Positions 17,585 to 26,435 are shown, counted from the first letter of the stretch. The stretch: DNA of 64,000 nt from an uncultured bacterium (GCA_903842795.1 CAIMNJ010000018.1:3246-67245), one strand, 5' to 3'. Notes: generated from the letters alone by a model not told the origin. Program-made: numbers and translations.

Positions 17585-18772
17585 ATGTCCAAAAAACTCT
17601 ATGATGAATCTGTTCAAATCCATCGTCAACACGTTGGCAAATTGGCTACCATAGCTATTTGCGAGGTAAAGGATAAGCACGATCTTTCTCTCCTTTATAC
17701 TCCTGGAGTCGCTGAACCATGTCGTGTTATAGAAAAAGATAAAGAAGAATCGTTCAAGCTAACTTCTCGTGGTCGTACTGTTGCCGTTATTTCTGATGGC
17801 TCTGCTGTCCTTGGACTTGGCAATATTGGTCCCGAAGCTTCTTTACCTGTGATGGAAGGCAAGGCTCTACTCATGAAAGAATTTGCTGGCGTAGATGCTG
17901 TGCCAATCGCTATTAGCACTCAAGACCCACACGAAATTGCCCAATTTATTCGTCATATTGCTCCATCTTTTGTAGGCATCAATATCGAGGATATATCTGC
18001 CCCTCGCTGTTTTGATATTGAAACCGAACTTCAAGATCTTGGTATTACCGTTTTCCACGATGATCAACATGGCACTGCCATTGTTGTTTCTGCTGCTCTA
18101 CATAATGCTGCCAAAGTCATTGATAAAAAATTTGAAGATCTTAAAGTAGTTGTTGTTGGTGCGGGCGCCGCTGGCATGGCTGTTTCTCTTATGCTCCTTG
18201 GTATTGAAATGGACAGCAATGGTTGTCGCAAAGTTGATGGTGTACAAAAAGTTGGAGATTTAATTTTGATTGATAGTAAAGGCGCCATTAATGAATTTAG
18301 AACCGACTTAGACAAACATAAACAGTGTATTGCGGCCCACTCTAACAAAAACCAAGTTGGCGGTTCGCTGGCAGAAGCAATTAAAGGAGCTGACGTAGTT
18401 ATTGGCGTTTCTAGAGCCAACCTCATCACTCAAGATATGGTCAAAAGCATGACCAAAGATGCTATTGTTTTTGCCATGGCCAATCCTGAACCAGAAATTA
18501 TGCCTGACTTAGCTATGGCAGCTGGCGCCGCTATTGTCGCTACTGGTCGCAGTGATTTTAAAAATCAAATCAATAATGTTTTGGCTTTTCCTGGTGTTTT
18601 TCGTGCCGTTGTTGATGGTCGTCTGCCAAGAATCACTACTCAAATGAAGCATGCAGCAGCGCAAGCTATTGCTGATTTGGTAAAAGAACCAAATGCAGAA
18701 AAAATTATTCCTGAGCCATTTGAGCCAAATGTTGCAAAAGTTGTCAGTCAAGCAATTTTGCGAGTAAAATAA
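17585..18772 (+). CDS. NAD(P)-dependent malic enzyme
   Basis: YTPGVAEPC, PVMEGKA, FHDDQHGT, GAGAAG, MANPEPEI and NQINNVLAFPG motifs. Confidence 0.95.
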   Translation: MSKKLYDESVQIHRQHVGKLATIAICEVKDKHDLSLLYTPGVAEPCRVIEKDKEESFKLTSRGRTVAVISDGSAVLGLGNIGPEASLPVMEGKALLMKEFAGVDAVPIAISTQDPHEIAQFIRHIAPSFVGINIEDISAPRCFDIETELQDLGITVFHDDQHGTAIVVSAALHNAAKVIDKKFEDLKVVVVGAGAAGMAVSLMLLGIEMDSNGCRKVDGVQKVGDLILIDSKGAINEFRTDLDKHKQCIAAHSNKNQVGGSLAEAIKGADVVIGVSRANLITQDMVKSMTKDAIVFAMANPEPEIMPDLAMAAGAAIVATGRSDFKNQINNVLAFPGVFRAVVDGRLPRITTQMKHAAAQAIADLVKEPNAEKIIPEPFEPNVAKVVSQAILRVK

Positions 18773-18778
18773 AGCCAT

Positions 18779-19201
18779 ATGCAATGGTTTATCTTCGCTT
18801 TGCTTTCCGCAGCCTTTGCTGCCCTCACATCAATTCTGGCCAAAATTGGCATTAAAGATATTAATTCCAATCTGGCAACCGCCATTCGTACTAGCGTCAT
18901 CTTAATCTTTACTTGGGGAATTGTGATTGGTCAAAAAAATCTTCACCAAATTGCCAATATCAGTAAGCATTCTCTGCTATTCTTAGTTCTTTCTGGAATT
19001 GCCACTGGCTTGTCATGGCTTTTTTACTTCAGAGCTCTACAAATTGGTGAAGCCAGCAAAGTCGTGCCAATCGATAAGCTTAGCCTGATTATCACCATGG
19101 TTTTTGCAGCTATTTTTCTCAAAGAACAATTTACTATTTACAGCGCCATTGGTGCCGTTATGATGACAGCAGGAGCATTAATTATTGCTTTTGCGAAGTA
19201 G
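18779..19201 (+). CDS. EamA/DMT family transporter (single domain)
   Basis: SNLATAIRT, SWLFYFRAL and VVPIDKLS motifs. Five TMs. Confidence 0.9.
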   Translation: MQWFIFALLSAAFAALTSILAKIGIKDINSNLATAIRTSVILIFTWGIVIGQKNLHQIANISKHSLLFLVLSGIATGLSWLFYFRALQIGEASKVVPIDKLSLIITMVFAAIFLKEQFTIYSAIGAVMMTAGALIIAFAK

Positions 19202-19212
19202 AAAGGAAGAAT

Positions 19213-19557
19213 ATGATTGGAAATATACCAGAAATTATTGGAGAAATAGACCAAGAAACCGCACAAAATAAACTTGAAGATTGCATAAAAGCGAGAGACG
19301 CGATTATAGATGAATTAATTGATCGTGCAGATGAATTGCCAAATAACTTGCTTATTTTTAGCTGTGGTATCAACGATAAAAATGATCCACATTTTTGGTT
19401 GGAAATTCACTTGGCTGGTGGTCAAATCTTAGTCTGGGATCAAACCAAACAAAAACTACCAGAAAATTTAACTTCCCTTGAAGAAGCTCAAGAAAAATGG
19501 AGTAAATATGCTAAACCTGATCAAAGAATACAAATTATTCCACTCAGAGAAGAGTAA
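19213..19557 (+). CDS. Hypothetical protein
   Basis: 114-aa acidic ORF filling the gap, with AAGGAA upstream. No recognised motif. Confidence 0.6.
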   Translation: MIGNIPEIIGEIDQETAQNKLEDCIKARDAIIDELIDRADELPNNLLIFSCGINDKNDPHFWLEIHLAGGQILVWDQTKQKLPENLTSLEEAQEKWSKYAKPDQRIQIIPLREE

Positions 19558-19562
19558 AAAAA

Positions 19563-20675
19563 TCAAACCACCTTCTCCCAACTAAAGCCTTCTCTGCCAA
19601 AATGGCCATAAGCTGCTGTCTTGGCAAAAATTGGTTTACGAAGATCGAGTTTTTCAATGATGTTTCTGACTGACATATCCAGCAAACTAAAAGCATAGGC
19701 TTTGATTTCTTCTTCATTAACTTTGGCTGTCCCAAAAGTTTTGATGTTAAAAGAAACTGGCTTGGCTTGGCCAATCACATAGCCAACTTGTAATTCGCAA
19801 CGATCTGCCAAACCTTTGGCTACAATATTTTTAGCCAAAAAACGGCAAGCATAGGCAGCAGAGCGATCAACTTTACTTGGATCTTTACCAGAAAAACAAC
19901 CTCCACCATGGCGGCCCATGCCGCCATAAGTATCAACAATGATTTTACGTCCAGTTACGCCAGTATCTGAGGCTGGGCCGCCAATCTCCCAAGCTCCAGT
20001 GCCATTGATTATCAATTTCACTTCATCTCTATTTAAAACTTGCTTGGGTAAATATTTGGCCACAGCTGGTACAACCACTTCTGTCCACAAATCTTTTTCC
20101 AATTGCTCTTTACTGATTTTTGGATCGTGGGGAACAGCAAGAATAATTGTTGAAACTTTCTGTGGTACGCCCTCGGCATAATCGATCACTGCCTGAGCTT
20201 TGCCATCTGGACGTAAATAAGCAATCTTGCCACTCTCACGTGCCTCATCCATATTTCTCACAAATTGATGAGCCAACATTAATGGCATTGGCATTAATTC
20301 TGGGGTTTCGTTACAAGCAAAACCAAACATAATTCCCTGATCACCAGCACCACCGTCATCTACACCGATAGAAATATCGGCTGATTGATGGTGAATATAA
20401 ATCTCAACATCTGCCTGATCAGAAAAACCCCAGTCAGGATTGGTGTAACCAAGCTTCTTGATAGTTTGGCGAGCAATTTTTTCGTAATCAATTTTTTTGG
20501 CACAAGTAATTTCACCGGCTAAAACAACTTTATTAGTGGTCACTAAAGTTTCTACCGCCACACGACTTTTTGGGTCAGCGGCTAAACAAGCATCAACAAT
20601 GCTGTCAGAAATTTGATCACAAATTTTATCAGGATGACCAGCAGCTACTGATTCTGAAGTAAATTGGTCAAACAT
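19563..20675 (-). CDS. metK: S-adenosylmethionine synthetase
   Basis: FTSESVAAGHPDKICDQISD, GAGDQG, TGRKIIVDTYGG and FSGKDPSKVDRS motifs. Confidence 0.98.
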   Translation of the reverse strand: MFDQFTSESVAAGHPDKICDQISDSIVDACLAADPKSRVAVETLVTTNKVVLAGEITCAKKIDYEKIARQTIKKLGYTNPDWGFSDQADVEIYIHHQSADISIGVDDGGAGDQGIMFGFACNETPELMPMPLMLAHQFVRNMDEARESGKIAYLRPDGKAQAVIDYAEGVPQKVSTIILAVPHDPKISKEQLEKDLWTEVVVPAVAKYLPKQVLNRDEVKLIINGTGAWEIGGPASDTGVTGRKIIVDTYGGMGRHGGGCFSGKDPSKVDRSAAYACRFLAKNIVAKGLADRCELQVGYVIGQAKPVSFNIKTFGTAKVNEEEIKAYAFSLLDMSVRNIIEKLDLRKPIFAKTAAYGHFGREGFSWEKVV

Positions 20676-20736
20676 ATTTTCCCCTCTTGAGCCTACGACT
20701 CAAATTAGATTAACCTGATTAATAATTGGGGAGAAA

Positions 20737-20764
20737 TAAAAAAACACTCCGCAGAAGAGTGTTT
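20737..20764 (-). terminator. Intrinsic terminator of the SAM riboswitch expression platform
   Basis: Minus strand AAACACTC-TTCTGCG-GAGTGTTT followed by a T run, between the aptamer and metK. Confidence 0.8.
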
Positions 20765-20782
20765 GAATTTTTCTCAAACGAG

Positions 20783-20885
20783 CGAATCTCCCTCTTGCGA
20801 GCTAGAGTTAGCACCGTGCCTCCTTACAAGGTCGGTTGTTGAATGGGTCAGCGGGCTAGTTCCCTCACCATTTCTCTTGATTTAA
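20783..20885 (-). ncRNA. SAM-I (S-box) family riboswitch aptamer upstream of metK
   Basis: Minus strand AATCAAGAG...GGTGAGGGAACTAGCCC GCTGA CCCATTC AACAACC...GGTGCTAACTCTAG CTCGCAAGAG GGAGATT matches the S-box layout, with a k-turn P2 and a CTAG/CTAG pseudoknot. Confidence 0.85.
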
Positions 20886-20955
20886 GTTGTTAATCTAAAG
20901 GTTAGTATACAAAGGAAGAGCAATTTTGTCTAGATTTTTTGCTAAAATAGAGTTG

Positions 20956-22602
20956 ATGAAAAATAAATTGATTTTGCTTTTTATTTTGTTCTTAGCAGCT
21001 TTTCTGCGTTTTTATAATTTGGAAAATTTACCAATTAATGCTCACACCGACGAAATTACCAATACTTATGTTGGTCGTTTCATTTGGCAAAATGCTGTAG
21101 ATCTCTATGGCAACAAATGGCCAATTTTATATTTTGATAAATTTGGAGATTATCCAAATGTTATTCCCATGTATCTTTCTGGATTGACCACTTATGTTTT
21201 TGGCTTTAATAAACTAGCCATGAGATTTCCGATCGCTTTGTTTGGTGTTTTGGCGGTTTATTTAATTTATCTGCTTGGCAAAGCAATTTTTAAATCAGAA
21301 AAAATGGCGTTATTTAGTGCTTTCACTCTTGCCATTTTTCCATGGCACATTGTCTTGTCACGAGCTACAGCTGAGGGTGTCACCGCAATGGCTGTTTTTG
21401 CCTTGGGTTTCTATTTATTGATTCAAGGAATAGAAAAAAATAGAGTTTTATTACTAATTTCGTCATTTTTAATCTTACTTGGCACCTATCTTTTTTATGC
21501 TTCTTATAGAATTCTCATTCCATTGTTTTTATTGCCTACTTTTTTGCTTGCTTCGCAAAGAAAAACCAAAACATTATTAATTATTTTTGCGATTATTAGC
21601 ATCATCCTCACCGGATTAATTAGCCAAACCAATTGGGGCAAAGGGCGTTTCAAACAAACCAGCATTTTTAGCCCCACCAGTTTGGTTTATCCAATGCAAG
21701 GAGAATTTCTGGCTGAAGAAGGTCAAAGCAATGTCCTAAAATCCAAAATTTTCTTCAACAAACCCTTGATGTTTACCAGAGAATTTATCAAACAATATTT
21801 AAAATATTTTTCTCCTGAATTCTTATTCTCCATGGGTGGTTTGCCAAAAAGATATCAAGTTCCAGAACAAGGCTTGTGGTACTACTCTTATTTGCTTTTA
21901 TTCATTTCTCTCATCATTCTTGGAAAGAAAACGATAAATTTGGAAAAATCTAAAAATAAATATTTGATCTTCTTATTATATTTGTTGGCCATAATTCCAA
22001 TTCCTGGAGCTCTGACTATCGATGATGCACCAAATTTACATCGCACTGCTTTGATGGCATTTACATTAAGTCTTTTAGCCAGCATCCCTTTCATTACACT
22101 ACAAAATCTGAAGTGGAAAAAAATCAATTTTAATTGGCTTTTGTTTTTGATGATGGGCTTAGAAACAATTTATTTTTGGAATAAATATGCAATGCACGCT
22201 GATAAATATAATGAGCTTGATCGTAATAAAGGCTATGATAATTTGGCAAAATTTTTGCTAGATAAAAAGGATCAGTACCAGCAAATCTTTGTTGAAAGAA
22301 ACGGAGAAATTGCTATTTATTATCTTTTCTACAGTCATAATTTTGACAAAAATCTAAGCAAGCAATTTGGCTTTGATTTGAGATTGGAAAAAGTAGATAA
22401 CATTAGTTTTACCGATTATGAATGTGTCTATCCTGGCAATTATCCAGATAGTAAACAATTTAAGGATTCGCTTTTTATTTTTAGCACCAGTTGCAATGAA
22501 AGATTAAATAAGTATTTCTCTTTGCACCCTGAATTCAAAAAGGTTGAAGAAATTCACAGTAGTTCTGGCAGTGAAATGTTTGAGGTATATTTATTGAATT
22601 AG
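20956..22602 (+). CDS. GT-C (ArnT/PMT-like, GT39/83) membrane glycosyltransferase
   Basis: FLRFYNL...HTDE, MRFPIALFG and FPWHIVLSR motifs with many TMs. ATG 20956 lies 7 nt after TGCTAAAAT. Confidence 0.85.
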   Translation: MKNKLILLFILFLAAFLRFYNLENLPINAHTDEITNTYVGRFIWQNAVDLYGNKWPILYFDKFGDYPNVIPMYLSGLTTYVFGFNKLAMRFPIALFGVLAVYLIYLLGKAIFKSEKMALFSAFTLAIFPWHIVLSRATAEGVTAMAVFALGFYLLIQGIEKNRVLLLISSFLILLGTYLFYASYRILIPLFLLPTFLLASQRKTKTLLIIFAIISIILTGLISQTNWGKGRFKQTSIFSPTSLVYPMQGEFLAEEGQSNVLKSKIFFNKPLMFTREFIKQYLKYFSPEFLFSMGGLPKRYQVPEQGLWYYSYLLLFISLIILGKKTINLEKSKNKYLIFLLYLLAIIPIPGALTIDDAPNLHRTALMAFTLSLLASIPFITLQNLKWKKINFNWLLFLMMGLETIYFWNKYAMHADKYNELDRNKGYDNLAKFLLDKKDQYQQIFVERNGEIAIYYLFYSHNFDKNLSKQFGFDLRLEKVDNISFTDYECVYPGNYPDSKQFKDSLFIFSTSCNERLNKYFSLHPEFKKVEEIHSSSGSEMFEVYLLN

Positions 22603-22607
22603 TTCCA

Positions 22608-22649
22608 TTGACTTATGCTTATACATATTCTAAAATTCGAATATGTATA
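22608..22649 (+). promoter_or_regulatory. Promoter and ArsR-type operator of the copper operon
   Basis: TTGACT-N17-TAAAAT. An 11-bp inverted repeat TATACATATTC-N8-GAATATGTATA (22620-22649) spans the -10 and the start codon. Confidence 0.8.
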
Positions 22650-23137
22650 GCAAGACTTTTGCCATCTATGCTGATACTCTCAAGGCATTAGCTCACCCTC
22701 GCCGTCTAGAGATAATCTACTTACTCAAAGATCAAGAGATGTGTGTTGGAGAAATATATTCAATGCTTGATTTGCCTCAAGCCAATGTTAGTCAACATCT
22801 AATGATTTTGAGAGAAGCTAAATTAGTCAAAGCTAGCAAAAAGGGCAAAACCATTTCTTACAAACTTGCTCACAAAAATATCTTCCAAGCTTGCTCATTA
22901 ATTAGAGATTTTTTAATTGAAGAAAATCAAGAAGATAATGATTTGAAACAACTAAAAAATTCCATCGACACACTTTTGCCAATCACTCATGATCCAATTT
23001 GCCAAATGCGCGTTTCCAGTAAAACTGCAAATTATCATTTTAAATACAACGGTCAAAACTATTATTTTTGTGCTTCAGGTTGCCTGAAAAAATTCAAGGA
23101 AAATCCAAGTAAATATATTAAGGAATCAAACTTATGA
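22643..23137 (+). CDS. ArsR/SmtB repressor fused to a C-terminal YHS/TRASH metal-binding domain
   Basis: KALAHPRRLEI...QANVSQHL HTH, then DPICQMRV...YYFCASGC...F..NP.KY. Confidence 0.9.
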   Translation: MYSKTFAIYADTLKALAHPRRLEIIYLLKDQEMCVGEIYSMLDLPQANVSQHLMILREAKLVKASKKGKTISYKLAHKNIFQACSLIRDFLIEENQEDNDLKQLKNSIDTLLPITHDPICQMRVSSKTANYHFKYNGQNYYFCASGCLKKFKENPSKYIKESNL

Positions 23138-24213
23138 ACCTATGGACAATTCTCTTTACTGGTCTAACTACTGGCGGTGTTTCTTGCGCCGCAGTACAAG
23201 GTGGATTGCTAGCTAGCATTATTGCCAATCAAAAAAAACAAGAAATTGAAGAAAAAGAAAAACAAAACAAAAAGACCAATCAAGAAACTTTGACCAAAAT
23301 TGATCAATTAGATTGGCTGCCTGTCGCCATGTTTCTAAGCAGCAAATTTATCACTCACGTAATTTTGGGATTTTTACTTGGTGGATTGGGAGCAGTCTTT
23401 GCTCTCAACCAAGGCACAAAAGTTGCCTTACAAATCTTCACCGCTTTATTCATGTTCGCCACAGCCATGAACTTCTTAGATGTCCACCCAATCTTTCGTC
23501 ATTTAGCTTTTCAGCCGCCAAAATTTTTAAGAAAAATTGTCAAGAATTCAACCAAAAACCAAGCCATCTTTGCTCCAGCTGTATTGGGACTTTTCAGTAT
23601 TTTTATTCCCTGTGGCGTCACCCAAAGCATGGAAGTCCTAGCTATTGGCAGTGGCAGTGCTATTCAAGGTGCATTGATTATGGGTACTTTTGTCATTGGC
23701 ACTTCGCCACTTTTTGCTTTACTTGGAATTGTGACTGCCAAACTTACAGAAACATGGCGAGAAATTTTTAATAAAACCGCCGCCGCCATTTTGATTGCCT
23801 TGGCTATTTATAGTTTCAATGCTGCCTTAATTGTTCTCAACTCACCCATCACCATTGGCAAAATGACCAATGCAGTCACTTGGTTCTTTTCTGATGAAAG
23901 ATTTGCGCAAAAAACAGTAGAAAATCAAGCTATCAAACAAGTTGGCAACTTGCAAAAAGTGACAATAGAAATCAAAAATAGCGGTTATGTACCCAAATAT
24001 TTCAAAGTCAAAAAAGACGTTCCAGTTGAGTTGACTGTCGCTAATGGAGGAACATACTCTTGTGCTTCAGACTTTGTCTTCAATGAGTTTAAAATTGAAG
24101 GTTTCGTCAAAGCTGGTTCTAGCAAAATATTTAATTTTACCCCTACAGAAAAAGGCAAATTCATTTTTTCCTGTTCGATGGGTATGTACACTGGTATTAT
24201 GGAAGTAATTTAA
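23134..24213 (+). CDS. DsbD_2/TauE-like membrane protein with C-terminal cupredoxin-like domain
   Basis: GGVSCAAVQGG and PCGVTQ in the TM region, with FSCSMGMYTG at the C-terminus. Confidence 0.82.
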   Translation: MNLWTILFTGLTTGGVSCAAVQGGLLASIIANQKKQEIEEKEKQNKKTNQETLTKIDQLDWLPVAMFLSSKFITHVILGFLLGGLGAVFALNQGTKVALQIFTALFMFATAMNFLDVHPIFRHLAFQPPKFLRKIVKNSTKNQAIFAPAVLGLFSIFIPCGVTQSMEVLAIGSGSAIQGALIMGTFVIGTSPLFALLGIVTAKLTETWREIFNKTAAAILIALAIYSFNAALIVLNSPITIGKMTNAVTWFFSDERFAQKTVENQAIKQVGNLQKVTIEIKNSGYVPKYFKVKKDVPVELTVANGGTYSCASDFVFNEFKIEGFVKAGSSKIFNFTPTEKGKFIFSCSMGMYTGIMEVI

Positions 24214-24228
24214 TAAAATAAAGGACAT

Positions 24229-24471
24229 ATGTTTAATTTATTTAAGAAAAAAACCATACAAGGAACCAAGGCCATTTTTAAATTGTCTGGTCTACATTGC
24301 AGTAGCTGCGCTTTATCAATTGACAATACTTTGGAAGAAATTGACGGCGTCATTGAAACCAAAACCAATTACGCCAAAGCAGAAGCAATTGTTTACTTTG
24401 ACTCAAAAAAAACCAGTCCAGAAGCCCTCAAGAAGGCCATTATTGGCGCTGGCTACCAGGTTTTGGATTAG
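24229..24471 (+). CDS. Heavy-metal-associated (CopZ-like) chaperone
   Basis: GLHCSSC motif, with ...AGY at the C-terminus. Confidence 0.9.
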   Translation: MFNLFKKKTIQGTKAIFKLSGLHCSSCALSIDNTLEEIDGVIETKTNYAKAEAIVYFDSKKTSPEALKKAIIGAGYQVLD

Positions 24472-24559
24472 GACTATCTAATTAGCCAATTAAAGCTATA
24501 ATATCCTCTAGTATTAATTGTCTTGAGCCTTCAAGCTCAAGAAAGAAGAGTCCATATTT

Positions 24560-24916
24560 ATGTCAGATCAAAATGACAACATGGAAAACAAGAAAAAGAT
24601 CTTCGTGGGTAATTTGCCTTTCAGCATGACCCAAGATGCTTTACAAAGCTTGTTTTCTGAATTTGGCGAAATTACCCAAGTCAGTTTAATCACTGATAGA
24701 ATGACCGGCCGTTCTAAGGGTTTCGCTTTTGTAGAATTTGCCGATGAAGCTGCTGCACAAGCTGCTATCGATAAGATGGCTGGTTTTGTAGTTGAAGAGA
24801 GAGAGTTGGTTGTTAATATCGCTCGACCTCGTGAGCCAAGAAACGATCGTTTCCCAAGAAGAGACAACCGTTCCTTCGGTGGTGGTAGACCACAAAATAG
24901 AGATCGCAGATATTAA
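24560..24916 (+). CDS. RRM RNA-binding protein
   Basis: RNP2 IFVGNL, RNP1 KGFAFVEF and an Arg/Gly-rich tail. Confidence 0.95.
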   Translation: MSDQNDNMENKKKIFVGNLPFSMTQDALQSLFSEFGEITQVSLITDRMTGRSKGFAFVEFADEAAAQAAIDKMAGFVVEERELVVNIARPREPRNDRFPRRDNRSFGGGRPQNRDRRY

Positions 24917-24935
24917 TCTTTAGATCAAAATTTAG

Positions 24936-24963
24936 AAACGCCAGACTTCGGTCTGGCGTTTTT
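24936..24963 (+). terminator. Intrinsic terminator
   Basis: AAACGCCAGAC-TTCG-GTCTGGCGTTT followed by TT. Confidence 0.9.
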
Positions 24964-24993
24964 GTTTAATTTAGCTAATAATAAATTATCAAT

Positions 24994-25773
24994 ATGATAG
25001 ACCATCAAGCTGGCCTCAATCCAAGCTACGCGCAAAGAACCGGTGAAGACTGGGTTGTTGCCGATAGTGGCAAAAAACCAGAACCACGCGCACAAGAGCA
25101 ACCTATAATCAACAGTGTAATTGACGCTGCCAATAGAGCCTATCAACTCAGAGAGAGGGATAAAGAGACTATTAGTCATCTTAAGGAAGTTAGTCTTACG
25201 GACGATCTTACTGGTTGCTATAACACTCGTTATTTTATTAGATATGCTACTGAAGAATTTGATGTTAATCGTGATAATAATAGAATAGCCATAGTTAATA
25301 TCGATATTAATGGCTTAAAGCCAATTAACGATATTCTTGGACATGTTAAAGGTGATACCCTTCTTAATAATTTTGTTGCCTATATGAGATCTCAACTGAG
25401 AAAAGGAGACATTTTGGTTAGAATTGGAGGGGACGAATTTTTGATAATTTGTGAAAATAACAACAATGATCACGATTTTGAAAAAAATCTACAAAAAAGA
25501 ATGGATCAAATTAGTAACAATGCCCCCAAGTCATCTATTCCTGAAGAAAATATTAGTTTTGCTCACTGAGTAACCGTTTTTAGAAAACAAAATCAAAGGG
25601 ACCTGTACGATACTAGAGCAATTTCTGACGCTCTTATGTATCAGCGCAAAAGAGAGATGAAAGGTCTAAAAAAGACTGAAGAATTCATTAGTAAAGAAAT
25701 TGACATTATTCCTACCAGCGCAATTATTAGAATAATTAAAGAAAAAATCAGATCATTATTTAAGGGTGAATAA
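24994..25773 (+). pseudogene. GGDEF (diguanylate cyclase) gene interrupted by an in-frame TGA at 25567-25569
   Basis: DDLTGCYN, DINGLKPINDILGHVKGD and RIGGDEF motifs. After the TGA the frame stays open for 67 codons and supplies the missing domain end (VTVF...SDALMYQRK) up to TAA at 25773. Confidence 0.75.
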
Positions 25774-25826
25774 ACAAAAAAATAATAATTTTTCTGATAT
25801 AATTTGACAGTTCTTAAAAAACAAAT

Positions 25827-25909
25827 GGAGGTGTCGCATAGTGGTCAATTGCACACGCTTGGAAAGCGTGAGCCTTACGGCTTCACGGGTTCGAATCCTG
25901 TCACCTCCG
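25827..25909 (+). tRNA. tRNA-Ser(GGA)
   Basis: Acceptor GGAGGTG/CACCTCC, G73, anticodon arm CACGC-TTGGAAA-GCGTG, variable arm AGCC-TTAC-GGCT, T loop TTCGAAT. CCA not encoded. Confidence 0.96.
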
Positions 25910-26046
25910 CATTAGCAAGCAATTTAGCGTAGCTAGAATTGATTGATAATGAGGATGGGTGAAAAGGATTATTTTAAATCCTGCCACCAAGTGCAAGCGA
26001 TTAGCGAAGCACCTGGGTAATACCCGCAGGGTGAGTCACCTCCGCA
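25900..26046 (+). repeat. Structured non-coding element bracketed by a 12-bp direct repeat of the tRNA 3' end
   Basis: GTCACCTCCGCA occurs at 25900-25911 and 26035-26046, with several hairpins between the copies. Confidence 0.7.
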
Positions 26047-26054
26047 CATAAATT

Positions 26055-26390
26055 TTAATGTTTACGTGGTGACTGGTAACCCTCCACTTCACCAACAATT
26101 TTAATTACAATTGGCGCGTTCTGTTTAAACTTTTTGTGTCCCAATAGACTTTTCATAAAATCAACAATATCTTGCAAAGTAAATGGTTCTCGACCAGTAC
26201 TTTCATAACCCTTGAAAACACTACCCATGTAACCATTTTGTTGAGGCAAATCATCGCGAAAAGCTTCCATCACATTAGCTCCGCTATCACAATATTGTTC
26301 AACAATCACATTCATTCCTGCTGGAGAATCAACTCCAATAATATTGGGAGGAATAAAACAACTTCTTTTTTTCTCACTCATAAACAGCAC
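26055..26390 (-). CDS. Hypothetical protein
   Basis: 111-aa ORF, co-oriented downstream of the purine cluster. The start could be ATG 26381. Confidence 0.55.
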   Translation of the reverse strand: MLFMSEKKRSCFIPPNIIGVDSPAGMNVIVEQYCDSGANVMEAFRDDLPQQNGYMGSVFKGYESTGREPFTLQDIVDFMKSLLGHKKFKQNAPIVIKIVGEVEGYQSPRKH

Positions 26391-26435
26391 TTTTATAGTA
26401 GTGCTAAAAGAGGAGAAAAAACAATGAGCAAAATA

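Noticed and set aside
25567-25620. Selenocysteine at the GGDEF TGA
   Set aside because: The aligned position is Gly rather than Cys, and no convincing SECIS-like hairpin follows.
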